DNA of 64,000 nt, taken from positions 33,480,001-33,544,000 of the forward strand of contig JANJGN010000026.1 of NCBI GenBank assembly GCA_026770705.1, given 5' to 3'. Within the stretch, counting starts at the first letter, position 1. The number at the start of each line of letters is the position of its first letter. This document shows, piece by piece, positions 50,460 to 63,240 of this stretch. This stretch comes from Isurus oxyrinchus (lineage: Eukaryota). Below the pieces are notes generated by a model. It ran no database searches and was not told the origin of the DNA. It saw nothing but the letters and a program-made list of their open reading frames with translations. Made by a program: the position numbers and the translations under genes.

Positions 50460-50920
50460 TGTCATCTGCAATCTTGACGATTGTACATTCACTTCCCTCA
50501 TCTAAGGCATCAATATATGTTGTAAATAATTGAGGCCCCAACACTGCTCCCTGTGGCACCCCACTAGTTACAGGTTGCCATCCTGAAAATGCCCCCTTAA
50601 CTCATCTCTCTGTCTTCTATTAGTTAGCCAATCCTTTATCCATGCTCATATACTACCCCCAACACCGTGGGCTCTTATCTTGTTAAGTAGCCATATGTGT
50701 AGTACCTTACCGAACGCATTTTGGAAATTCAAATACATTGCATCTACTGGTTCTCCTTTTTCAATGCTACTTGTTACCTCACCAAAGAATTAGAATTAAT
50801 TTGTCAAGCATACTGACTCTGCTTCATTAGACTATGTATTTCTAAAGGCTCTGCTATTGCATGATTTATAATAGACACCAATATTTTCCCAAGGCCAGAT
50901 GCTAAGCTAACTGGCTTGTT
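50460..50920 (-). mobile_element. CR1 LINE reverse-transcriptase fragment
   Basis: Reverse complement contains the [16 protein letters not shown] and ADD-type RT motifs (..CCCAACACTGCTCCCTGTGGCACCCCACTAGTTAC..). Confidence 0.7.
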
Positions 50921-52481
50921 TTTCTACAATCCCCAATTCCTCTGTCAGGGCAGAAATGCAAACCCCATCCCACTCGACCGCTGATCCAACCAATGTCAAA
51001 GCGGGAACAGCAGCAAGCACTTTTCCAAAGCACAGGAAAGGTAAGTAAGATCAGAGGAATAGAAACAAACGAACTATGGGGTAGTGGCTGCACGCACCAT
51101 TCTCTCACGTACAATCTGTCTATAATGAGCTGAATTCAAGGCTAATGCGCAAACAGAAATTATATAATTCTGTCTTTCTATATGGACTGCGTTATGTTCA
51201 TCTTCATTTCAAATCTTGGACAAACAGGCTCGCGACAGGAATTAGAGAATTGTTGTATTATTCTATAGTTACTGATACCTTCATAGTTGAAATTGGTTCA
51301 AACAGAGGACCGCATCTGTCAGTGGGGGACAGAACAAATCGGCATCCCATCCCAATGTACTGGAACTGGGCTACTGATTAACACTGAACTAAACTTCCCA
51401 ATTATGAGTCTCCAAGAATATGTCATATTAATATACCGAATGCTGTCGTCAATGAGGCAGGATCCAGTGGATCCTAAACAGAGAAACAGTCTCGTATCTT
51501 CAAGCCAACGACAGAACCTGCAGTCATGTAACAGAGGCAGGCAGTGCAGTAATGAGTGAGAGGGAAAAGGAAAATGAAGTAAAGTGACATAATTCAGAAC
51601 AGCAACAACTTAGACAGACTTCAGTGTTACAGAGGCAAAAGAATGGTGTTGTTCAGCAATAACTGACTGGCAGGAAACAAACAAAGATCTAGTTATTGCA
51701 TTTAAAACTGAGACTGACCAAAGGGCAAACGTATTTGGGCAAAAAAAACTGCTCATGAGGCAAATGGACTTGACCCCAAATCTCACCAGTCTCCCCTTAG
51801 AACAGATTGTGGAAGCATTGCCAGTATGGATGTGAGAGTCGATAATGTGGATGAACCTTCTACCTATTTTCCAAAGGACCAGCGAGTGGGACAGCGACTG
51901 TTGTTTCCCTGCAGGCGTGTGAATACACCCATTGAGTCCGAGTGGATTCAAGGAGCGGAATGGGATTTGGAAGCACAGATTGGATGACAGACAATTCCAA
52001 GGCTGGTCATTGGGAGAGGCCGGCTCCAGGCAGGGAGAAGGGCGATTTCTAAGTTTCCTCTGCCACCTGGTGGAGGAAATCAGAATTTCACCCCAGCAAT
52101 TTCTCCTTCAATTCAGAAGGCGGGAGTTGCTCTTCAAAACCATTCAGATGGGCACTGCCCCGAAACGGCTGTGGTGGCAATTCAGTAGTCGCATGTAGTA
52201 CAAGGCAAAGTGCAGTGTACAGGTCAGATTTCCAGGAGGTCTCCCAGCTAAAAGAATAGATACAGTATCAGTGACAGTACCCTCTCCCACTGGGAGCAGA
52301 GTTCAATTCTTCTCCCTGCACATTCCAGATAGAGTTTTCCAGGATTTTTAACCTTTTATCTGTGTATCAGTTATTGTCTTCTTCGCATCCTACTAAGGTG
52401 ATATTAATAAATGAACTACGTCATTGCAGCAGTTAGTAATTATGTCATTCCATTTACTGAGCCTGCCTCCTGTGATCTAGC

Positions 52482-52940
52482 TTTTTTTTGCCAAAATATA
52501 CTTTAATCATAATATTTCTGAAGGAGTAGTGCAAAACATTTCAAAATGGGCTTCACAAAAAGTGCAACCATATTTCAGTTTTCCACATAGATCATGAAGT
52601 GCTTCAATACAATCAATGAGCATTACAGACGTTTCAGCATGGTCAATACAGGCAGTCAGACAGCGGAATGGTATTTAAGTTATCGACACATGTCGCATTG
52701 CACTCTGAGGTGCTTCAATGCAATTGTGATGCAAGTAGTGTTCACTGTATACATTCAGTGTGAGTCATACAGCCCGACGGGCCAATGCAATTCCAGGCCC
52801 CTCCGTGCACTATGGCTGAAAGAACTTAGACATTGACCTTTCCCCATCGCGCCTCAACGGCGACTCCCAAAATCTTTAGTGCATCCCTCAGCACGTAATC
52901 CTGGATATTGGAAAGTGCCAGTCTGCGACACTCGGTCTTG
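52482..52940 (-). mobile_element. Tx1/L1-clade LINE 3' fragment with poly(A)
   Basis: TECRRLALSNIQDYVLRDALKILGVAVEARWGKVNV*, then a 3' UTR and A-tail (T-run at about 52482-52489). A related UTR lies at about 39395-39580. Confidence 0.6.
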
Positions 52941-53204
52941 TTCGTACCTTGCTAAAGTGATTGGAATAAATGAACTAAGTCACGGAAGCAATTAGTAATT
53001 ATGCCACTCCCTTTGACGTGTCTACTTCCTGTTATCTAGTCATAGTGCACAGTCGTTTCACGACTTTTACCTCACTATACAATTATTATTTTCTCCCGCC
53101 TGTGTTTATCTATCCCTTCCTGACATAGACCCACACCATTTACCCCAGGCACCTCATATGTTACAGTTCCTGTGATCGAGTGCTGGTAATCCCCCCATTA
53201 GATT

Positions 53205-53740
53205 GAACGCGCACCCCCACACACACACCCACCCCGCACAACACAGACACGTACGCACAGACAGACAGGCACACACGCGCGCGCGCACACACACACAGAT
53301 AAACAGACAAACGCACACACGGTGAGAACCACACACACATATACACACACTTTTCTGCAGCAGCTTACCCCCTGCTGGACACTGCCGGAATCACACATAC
53401 ACCCGCACACGCACACACACACCTTCAGCGACTGCTGGACACTGCCATAATTTCACATACACACACTTGCGCACACACACACTTTTAGTAACCTACCCCC
53501 TGCTGGATATTGCCAGAATCACACACATGGGCACAAACACACACACAGCTTCACAATCTACCCTCTGCAGGAAACTGTCATAATCACATACAAACACGCA
53601 ACTTTAGCAATCTGCCCTCTGCTGGACAGTGTCATAATCACACACACACACACACACGCACACAAACACACACATATCTTTAGCAATCTACCGTCTGCTG
53701 GATACTGTCATAATCACACATACACACGCTCACACATCTT
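53205..53740. repeat. CA-rich compound tandem repeat
   Basis: (CA)n tracts alternate with a recurring CCCTGCTGGACACTG(C/T)CATAATCACACA unit. Confidence 0.85.
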
Positions 53741-55499
53741 TATTTGTTTGTTAATAATGCTTTATTTTTATGATTTAGTGTCACTTTAAATGAAATATAT
53801 AAAAATGCAATGTCCACAATCTTTACAATTGTGTTCGGGTGACGTCTCTCCACAGTAAGATAAATGAAAAATAAACCATTCCAGGGACGAAATACCGAGT
53901 TTGATAAATGGGACAAAGCAATTTTACCCAAATATACCGGCAGGTGGCGGGCTCGCCCCATTAGAAATACCCGCACAGGCAGCGGAGAGGAATAATACTC
54001 AGTGACCATCAGAAGAACGATCCACTTAATCACCTGAAGGAAAACCTAAAGTTGTCGTGTCTGTTTGCCTATAAAAAAACAAAATGCAAACTAGACGAAT
54101 CCCGAAAAGAACTAACATGCTAACATACGAAATAGGAGCAGGAGTAGGCCACTCGGCCCTTCGAGCCTGCTCTGCCATTCAATAAATTCATGGATGATCT
54201 GACTGTAATCTGAACCGCACATTCCCGCCTACCTCCGTTTCACATCCTTGGTTATCAAGAATATATCTAGTTCTGCCTTAAAAATATTCAAAGGCTCCGC
54301 TTTCAGCGCCTTTTGAGGAAGAAAGTTCCACAACAGCCGGTGGAAAAAGAGTCTTTGAATATTTTAAAGGCAGAGCTAGATAGATTCTTGATTAACAAGG
54401 GTGTGAATGGTTACGGGGTACTGAGAAATAAATATTAATTGAACTGGGTAAAGGGGGAGAAAGAGTTCAGAATTCAGATGCAGAAAGTGTGGAGCGTGCT
54501 GCTGATAAAGAGTTAAAGAATCGCGTTTAATTGAGTGGGACGCGGATTATTAAGCTCAGAAACAAGAATAAAGCTGCACACATCATTGCTGAGGGCACAG
54601 TTTAAACTCTTGGGTCGTTTTTGTGACCCTTCTTTCGTTTGGTGTTAACCTGGAAGTCAGTGTGTAGGATGGATTGTGAAAGATGTCGCCGGGATGAGAG
54701 GGGATAGTCCTGAGCAGAAACTTGAGCAACTGAAGATCTTCCCACCAGAACACAGAATATTAAGAAGTGGACTGACTGACTTGTACCCAATCATGGAAGG
54801 TTTGGAAAAGGTTAAAAAGAGAGTGAATCAGTGGGTAACTGGATGGCATCATTGAAGTTTCCCACTATTGTAGTGGAGGGAGAGATTTGAAGATGTTTTT
54901 GTGTTTTGAGCACTGGACTGTTAGAGGATGTTATGGCCCATGAGAAACAGAGATAAAAACAAAATATTAAGTATTTTTAAAAGACGAATAGTTCATTGTT
55001 TGACCAGTAAAATGAATTTTTAAGAAGTCAAAATATACGAATGGTGGACAGATGTTTCAGAATAAGTGCATAACTCTATATGCCAACCAGCACACATAGG
55101 TAATTGCCCGAGCTTCCTCTCTTTGTGTTGTGAGCTGACGACTGGCTCTTTTCAGTTATAAAGAGAACAGAGCACAGACATTATGAAACAATATTACCTG
55201 GTGCTACATAAAGGAAGCAGAGAGGTTCGGAAACAGTGACAATTCAAGTGGTCTAAGTTTTGAGAAACCTCCAATCACTAACTGGCACCATGAGTAACTT
55301 CATATGACAACATCCCATAATTGCCCAATCGATGAGAATGTCGCCCATCAGTCTCACATTCAAGAGGAGAATGTAAAGCTCTCCCGTCTCCTCTCCACTT
55401 CCCCACCATCCTGGACTCGGCAGCAAGTCCCAGTCTACAAATCAGGCCCTGATTGCTTCGCCTTTTGTCAAGTTTCATCGTCATAAACAGAAACTTCGG

Positions 55500-55901
55500 C
55501 AAAGACCTGATTCCAGTTGGAGCCCTGTTGCTGTTGACATTGTGTGAGTTTATTTACATCATCAGATGCATTCTTTTTTACTAATCTCTCAGTACCCCGT
55601 GGTGGCTCAGTGGTTTTTCTTTTGTTCAGAGCCATTCAGTGTGAGGATCAAGGCTGTCGGCTCTCCGTTGGCTCAGGTTATACCGTAGCCTGGTACCGAC
55701 AAACACTGACAGGGTCTGCGACATTTATCACCTCCATTATCCAGGAGAATGTGACCAAAGGACGCTACACACTAACCTTTGACCGAGCAAAGAGGTCCAA
55801 TACCATCTCTATAGATGATACCGTAGACCAGGACGCTGGAATTTATCACTACTGGAAGAAGACACAGTGGGACAAAGAGCGGATCTGGCTGTACAATATC
55901 T
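55500..55901 (+). pseudogene. TRAV/DV: TCR V pseudogene with FR1 deletion and 23-RSS
   Basis: AIQCEDQG, deletion, then CRLSVGSGYTVAWYRQTLTGSATFITSI..GRYTLTFDRAKRSNTISI..DAGIYHYWKK (C104 lost). RSS CACAGTG 55863-55869, 23 bp, ACAATATCT. Confidence 0.8.
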
Positions 55902-56346
55902 TGTTCACTGCTGTGTCTCCGCTGCAGCTTTAATCTTTCCCCAAACAAGGACCTTTAGAAATGCCGGCGATGTTCAGAAACACTACTTTCCCATGTTTTA
56001 ATTTTTATCTGGATGAAGTTATAACATCCTACCGCTCCTACTACAGATACAGAGCATCGAAAAGTACTAAATAAAATTTCCGATGTTCGTTTGTTCAACG
56101 TAAAGAGATACACAGAAAAAATAACACCGCCTCTCAGATACATGGACAGTAGATATGCGAGAGAAAGATTGATAAGTGATGAGAAAAATAGACAAATAAA
56201 TAGAGAGGAATGTGGATAGACAGACAGGCAGATTGATAGCTAGATAGATAGATAGATAGATAGATAGATTAGTATATTCTGCCAATATCGGCAAACGCTT
56301 TATCCTTGCATGTATAACTAAGCTGATGTTACTAATGTTTTCGCAG

Positions 56347-56665
56347 TTGTTCCTTGTCACTGGAAGACATTTCAGATATCGATGTATCGGGGAACTGTCG
56401 GACAAACTATTTCACTTCATCACCGTGCTACATTCGCTATAAAAGATCTTGTATTCTGGTACCAGCAATTCTCCAATCAAGCTCCCTAGTATCTCGTTTC
56501 CACATACAGAGATCAAAGCGTTAAGGGAAGGTTTAAAATATTTGTGGACCGTGAGAAAACTCCACCAGTCTCACTGTTAACATGGCTGAGCTGTCAGACG
56601 CTGCGATGTATTACAGTATGGTGAGGCACGGTGAAGCAAAGAGACAAAGAGCCTGTACAATAACT
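56347..56665 (+). pseudogene. TRAV/DV: TCR V pseudogene with 23-RSS
   Basis: GTVGQTISLHHR..LVFWYQQFSNQAP*YLVSTY..GRFKIFVDREK..AELSDAAMYYSMVR. RSS CACGGTG 56627-56633, 23 bp, ACAATAACT 56657-56665. Confidence 0.82.
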
Positions 56666-59600
56666 CGCTCGACATGGGGACTTAGGAGACAACAAGTCCA
56701 TTGGCTTTGGAAGTGAGTGCGATCGAAGGAAACCCGCTTTAAAAATGCAAAGTTCATCATGCGAATAAATTACTGCCATAAAAATATATTTTATTATTTC
56801 TACTCGTAGAAAAATACTCTGACACATTCGCTTATTGAAATTTGGTTGACATTCTTATTTTATGATTAGGGAGCTCTGAAGCCACTCATTAGAGATTGAC
56901 AATCCAACCTCATCGGTTGTGGATTTATGAATTTATTAATGAGAAGTTCATCTGTGTGTGCAAATTACATGTACTGTACTAATGATGTAGGGATGCCAGA
57001 AAACCGAGACAAATAATCCTGCAAATAATGAGAAATAGCAAATGTAGCAAAAGTAAAACAATGAAAAATAGAATCAGATGCAGTAGTAATAAAATCTGAG
57101 CAAAAAAACATAATAATATGCCATAATAATTATCCAGCAATATCATGCAGCAATATTCAAGAATAAATTGAGAATTGTTGTTTCACGGATAAGATTCCAC
57201 TAGATAGTGGTTCAAGTCCTTTTCTGTGTCGACAGCTGACAGAGCCTTCAGTTCACCGCTGGACAGGTAGGATTACGGCTCAGCACAGTGCCTGACTCTC
57301 AAGTCAACAGCGATTTCAACTTATCATCCAGCTTCCCGGATGTAGGGTTGGCACTCCAGCCCCTCCTACACGCAGATCCTTTTTATTCATTCGTTCACTG
57401 GATTTAGGCGACATTGGAGCAACAGCATTTATTGTCCATCACTAATTTCCTTTCAGATGGGGTGGCGAGCCGCCACTTACCGACTGAGTGGTTTTCTGGG
57501 TCATTTAAGAAGGCGGTTAATGTTCAACCACATTGCTGTGGATTTGGAATCATACATGGGCCAGAGTAGATTTCCTTCCCTGAAGGACGTTACTAAACCG
57601 GTTAGAGTTTATTGCGATGATCCTGATCACTATTCCTACAATACTATAACTTTATTCCAAAGTTATTTATTATCTCCATTTAAATTAATTAGTAGAATTG
57701 GAACTCATATCCCTGGGTCATTGGCTCAGGCCTCTGGATCTTTAACCCAGTGACATAAGCATGAGATTCCGTTAGAAGAACATAACCTGGTTCCCATGAA
57801 AGTTCTATGTTAAACTGTACATTCCTTTGCTCAGCCTCAACGATTTTTCTGCAAACACGTCTGACCTCAGTTATCTACAGGGGTTTTTGTCACGTATGAA
57901 ACAAAAGAACGTTTCCTTCTTCCTTCAAGCAGCTCTGGCCAGATAAAATGTTTCAGAACACAGCGTAGCAAAACCGTCCATTAGAACAAAGTAATGGCGC
58001 CTCAGTAAGACTCACTCCAGAAGTAAATATTAACCTGGTTTTCTCATGAAAGTGACAAAGAACTGAAACATAATTAATTCTGTTATCTTATTCGGTAAAT
58101 ATAATGATTGACCTTGTAATTAAAAACATTTGACACCAGTGATTCTTCTCATCAGATCTCCACATTGATTTTTAGACTGCATTTAGTTCATAACTTCATG
58201 GCTTCCATTATGATGGCAAACCCACAATGAGACAAATGAAAGGACAATTTTAACGCTGAATGGGAAATAATAATTGACGGGCGTAATGTAAGGGAGGCAA
58301 ACTCAAAGGGAAGATTACTATTGTGGCTATGCCACTAAACTATTAATTCAGTAGCCTGGGCAAATGTTTCAGGGACATAAAACATAAAAGTCAGGAGCAG
58401 TTAGGTTTTCCGGCCCCTCGAGCCTGCTTCACCATTCAATAAGATCATGGTTGATCTGACTATGGCCTCAATTCCACATTCCCACCTGCCCCCGATATCC
58501 TTTGACTCCCATGGGGCAGGAACCGTTTTTGGGCCGCATCCAATGAATGGCCTGTTTTACACTCGGTCCGATTTCTACTCCTCTGATGTCAATGGGACAG
58601 AGAACTGGATCGAGTATAAAACTGGCAGCCAGCTTGCTTAACAGCGCAAGGCCAATTTCACCCCTCAACCATTTCAAGCAGAAGATAATGATAATGCAGC
58701 TCATTCCACATCCCCCCAGTATTGTATTTCACCTGAAAACAATGGAACCATTATTCAAAGCAGGTATAACACCGGCTATTACACTCGCATTTTTAGACTA
58801 ACATAAAATTAAAAATCTACCCAAAGTTGGTATCGTTGGAAATGTATTCTCAAATTCTCACTAGTAGAAGAATAACAGTGAATGAAAGGTTTCGTAAAAG
58901 TTACCAGAATATTACTTTTTAGAAATCAATCTAGCGACCTGAGCATGGGTATGGTGTAAAGGAATATATGGAGAGTATTGGGTGTTTCAGAGACTTAATT
59001 ATGAATGCTTGAGTTGAAAAGAAAGAAATATTTAAACGATGGAAAGTTAGTGTACCCCTAAGCAAATGAGTTCAAACAAATACCTGGAAATGACTATGTC
59101 ACATTGTTAATTATCAATGACAGAACCAGCTTCATAAAACAGTGATTTGTCCAATTGATGATTTAGTCCAAAGATTTACCCGGAACTCCAATAGCAGCAA
59201 ACATTGTACAGTAAATAGCATAAACTACGCCAGATATTCGGCAGTGCATTTTCTATGAGAAGCGATGGTCTCTGCTGGTGACATTTGGTCACAGAGATTC
59301 TATGTTACAAGCTCAAACAGACCCTCATTTGTACTATAGGAATTCTACAGAGAGACAATTAGCTTCTATAATTATTTACAGTTACTTGAAGAAATAGATT
59401 CAGCAATTATTTCCCATGTTCTTTTTGGGAGGTGGTAGAATGTTGGTACACACTTGGGAGACGACTATCGAGTCTTGAAGTCTCATGCAGCCCAATGTCG
59501 TTTTGAATGTGATTTGTTAATATTTGGGCAGATCTAAAGCAGCCTTAGTCATGTGGAACGTTCATTTATGGGAGACACTACAAGAAACATTTCTAGCCAT

Positions 59601-59924
59601 TAGACCGAAGCCAACATAGCTCAGTGACATGAGACCAGGCGAGAATCAGAATGACAGTGAGTGTCAAATGCTGCCGAATGTACTGACATGATGGAAGTTA
59701 AACTTAGAGACAACACATAGGGTCCCCACAAAGTGCAAGTTACACCCATACAATGCAAGTCATACCCACACAATACAAGTTATGCCAGCATTAGCCAACG
59801 AATATCTACACAACAGAAAGTGTAATCTCACAACAACCACGTTTAACATATGTTCATAACATTTTTAAAATTTTTATATGTTACAAAACGCCTCACACGG
59901 GGGCTGTAAAACAAAATTGAGATA

Positions 59925-60850
59925 AAGTCACAGAATCACAGAGGGCAGAAGAGGCCCTTCGGCCCATCGAGTCTGCACCGACACGTGAGAAACACCTGAC
60001 CTACCTACCTAATACCATTTACCAGCACTTGGCCCATAGCCTTGAATGTTAAGACGTGCCAAGTGCTCATACAGGTACTTTTTAAAGGATGTGAGGCAAC
60101 CCGCATCCACCACCCTTCCAGGCAGCGCATTCCAGACCGCCACCACCCTCCAGGTAAAAAGGTTTTTCCTCACATCCCCCTAAACCTCCTGCCCCTCACC
60201 TTGAACTTATGTCCCCTCGTGACTAACCCTTCAACTAAAGGGAATAGCTGCTCCCTATCCAATCTGTCCATGCCCCTCATAATCTTGTACACCTCGATCA
60301 GGTCGCCCCTCAGTCTTCTCTGCTCCGTTGAAAACAACCCAACTCTATCCAACCTCTCTTCATAACTTAAATGTTTCATCACAGGCAGCATCCTGGTGAA
60401 TATCCTCTGCACCCCCTCCGGTGCAATCACATCCTTCCTAACTGCACACAGTACTCCAGTTGTGGCGTCACCAAGGTTCTATAGAACTCCAACATGACCT
60501 CCCTACCTCTAGAATCTGTGCCTTGATTGATAAAGGCAAGTGTCCCATATGCCTTTTTCGCCATCCAACTAACATGCCGCTCCACCTTCAGAGATCTGTG
60601 GACACACACGCCAATGTCCCTTTGATCCTCAGAAATTCCTAGTGTCATGCCGTTCATTGAATACTTCCTTGTCAAGTTACTCCTTCCAAAGTGCATCACT
60701 TCACACTTTTCATGGTTAAATTCCATCTGCCACTTATCTGCCCATTTGACCATCCCGTCTATATCTTCCTGTAGCCCAAGACACTCAACCTCACTGTTAA
60801 CCACCCGGCCAATCTTTGTGTCATCCGCATCTTACTAATCCTATCTCCCA
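59925..60850 (-). mobile_element. CR1 LINE RT C-terminal region and 3' tail
   Basis: ORFs LQEDIDGMVKWADKWQMEFNHEKCEVMHFG..LEYCVQ and EGVQRIFTRMLP..LSYEERLDRVGLFSTEQRRLRGDLIEVYKIM..TRGH. Confidence 0.9.
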
Positions 60851-61546
60851 CTTAAGCCATATGTCACAATAGAAAATATTAAGATGTTTTTGTACCAGCC
60901 CTAGGCTCCTTGATTATGACGTTAAGCTCTTTCTCTGTGAATGTTTTAATGGATTCCCATTATTAGTCAATTACACCTTGGTTATTACACTAGGCTCTGT
61001 CTCTGTTAGCATTTACCAGGCCCTAATTATTATTGTAGTCCCAAGTCCACGTGTTTTGCTTTATGAGGATACAGGGATAAGCAAGATCCGGATTGTGTTT
61101 ACTACTACAAGATTACATTGAATTAATGGCATGTACTCCTAGGAAACTGTTGTTTCTACTTTACGCATTGACTGTACAAAATCATTTTTAGATATTGAAA
61201 TTAAACAATTGATGTTTAGCCACCTTGCTGAATCAAATGTATCAAAAAATGTCACTTTCTTCCGATCCATGTTTCAACCACTAATCACTCCTCTTAAATA
61301 TTAAAACTTAGCGAAACAGCTGGAGAGGTACAGGGCCCCTTTAAGAACTGCGGTTTGACCCTTTTTCCAAGGTCCGGGTGAAGAGTTACACGATTTACAG
61401 CTGGGTGTTTTAATGCTGGGCGGACTCTGAAAATACTCCGTAACCTCCTGACCCCGAATCAATAGGAGAAAGAGCCAATCATGGTGCTGTTTGTCCTGAG
61501 CCATTGAGTTCCGGCGGCCAGGTTTCTGTGACCCACTGTCGGCCCT

Positions 61547-61578
<32 letters not shown>

Positions 61579-62745
61579 GACATAGCAGGCTGTGCATATT
61601 TGATTTGTATGCGGGTACGAAGACTCGATTTATACGAAAAGTGACTTCAAAAATAAACATTCGGTCTTAATGGACAAAAGCGATGGATTTGTACAGGCGC
61701 CAATGTGCGGAAAATTCTTGCAGAGTGCCGCCCACACTCCCTGTGTCATATAGAGTGAGCTTTCCCAGCCGCAGTGAACTGTTGGAGCCTCTGCCTTCCA
61801 CGACCCATTCACCAAGGAAGCGAATCGAAACTCAACCTCCTGTTCTTCCTCTCTACCCTTCTACCAAATGGAAACAGTTTATTTTGCTCTAAAATAAATC
61901 TAATAATCCAGTTCTGTTGAAGGGTCATGAGGACTGGAAACGTCAACTCTTTTCTTCTCCACCGATGCTGCCAGACCTGCTGAGTTTTTCCAGGTAATTC
62001 TGTTTTTATTTTTTGTTTTGATCTACTTGGCTCAGAGACACATGGTTTTGAACACTCGATCAGATCTACCCTGAACCTTCCATTCTCTATGGAGAACAAA
62101 CCCAGTTTCCCCAATCTATCTAATTAACTGAAGTTCTGCATCCCTGGGACGATTCTGGTCAACTTCCCTGCCACTTTTCTAAACCCTTCACATCCTTCCT
62201 AAAGTGCGATTCCCGGAAGTGGACACAATGCTCCAGTTGAGGGGGAACCAGTGCTTTCCTAAGAGGATCAGTAGCATTTCCTTTCCTTTGGACTCCATGC
62301 CGCTGAAACCGATGATCCCGGATGTTTAAGCGCCACTTTCTCAGGCTGTCAGGCCACCTTCAACCATTTATGCCCAAATAGAGCATATCGTTTGTTGAAG
62401 AATGGATAATTGAATGAATTATTTTAGCAGGAGTATTGTAGGCGACTCGATTTATAAAAATACTTAAGGCTCTAAGGAGCCAGAAGGAATGCGCGAACTT
62501 GATGGGTTTAATGGTTTTTTGCTGTGCTAGAACATTATAAACTCAATTGTAAATACATTCGTGGAGATTAGGTGATTCCCTCCACCCCACCCTCCCCCCA
62601 CCCCCTTCTATGTGTGTGCCTGTGTGTATATATGTGTTTGTGTATATGTATTTGTGTGTATACCTGTGTTTGTGTGTATGTGTGTGCTCCTTTCAACTTA
62701 ATCCCGAAAATGGACAACAATTTGGACTCTTTCCGTGCGTTGTAT

Positions 62746-62934
62746 CACGGTGTGTCTGTAATCCCATTATGTTCAAGTTTTTGTACGGCTCTCTCCGTGC
62801 TCTGTATCACTGTGTCTGTATTCCCACCATGTTCAGGTTTTTGTATAGCTCTCTCCGTGTTCTGTATCACTGTGTCTGTAATCCCACCATGTTCAGGTTT
62901 TTGTATAGCTCTCTCCGTGTTCTGTATCACTGTG
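62746..62934 (-). repeat. Tandem 60-bp array of 23-RSSs (3 intact and 1 degenerate)
   Basis: Heptamers CACAGTG at 62934-62928, 62874-62868 and 62814-62808. Nonamers ACAAAAACC, ACAAAAACC and ACAAAAACT at 62904-62896, 62844-62836 and 62784-62776. All spacers are 23 bp. A fourth heptamer CACCGTG at 62752-62746 lacks a good nonamer. Confidence 0.93.
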
Positions 62935-63240
62935 CTGTGCGCCGACTCAGTTGGCAGTAATACACAGCGGAGTCGCTCAGTTGGAGTTTGGAGATATCTA
63001 ACTGGCTGATTTTCTCGGCAGAATCGATAGAAGCAGAAATTCTTCCCCCGGCAGCGTTTTCTTTATTCTCCTCTCCTGAAGTGTGCCTCTGAAGCAGATA
63101 TTCCGGAGCCTGTCCGGGGGACTGACGGTACCAGTGCACTGTGTACTGACAGAATCCTGAGTATTCACAGTTTAAAGTAACGGTGTCACCGGCAGGAGCG
63201 GTTTGTAGAGGCGGATCCCGGGAAATTACGGAACTGGAAT
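62935..63240 (-). CDS. TRDV: Second NAR-TCR supporting TCR-delta V segment (leaderless, CDR1 Cys)
   Basis: CCTCCAG|AT, then DSSSVISRDPPLQTAPAGDTVTLNCEYSGFCQYTVHWYRQSPGQAPEYLLQRHTSGEENKENAAGGRISASIDSAEKISQLDISKLQLSDSAVYYCQLSRRT, open. Its intron (63241-64000) is homologous to 43935-44660. Confidence 0.92.

Noticed and set aside
51600-52240. Possible decayed LTR-retrotransposon protease region (FKTETDQRANV resembling FKLDTGA)
   Set aside because: A single weak motif with no LTRs or RT motifs found.
54615-54665. CACACTG ... ACAAAAACG on the minus strand
   Set aside because: The spacer is about 33 bp and there is no recognisable V exon upstream.
62745-62930. Repetitive 61-aa ORF through the RSS array, as a possible CDR3 extension
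   Set aside because: It is in a different frame from the V-delta, whose frame stops at TGA in the first heptamer.
62776-62934. RSS array read as CRISPR or as D segments
   Set aside because: This is a eukaryotic locus with no unique spacers. The 21-bp linkers have an RSS on only one side, so they are not D segments.
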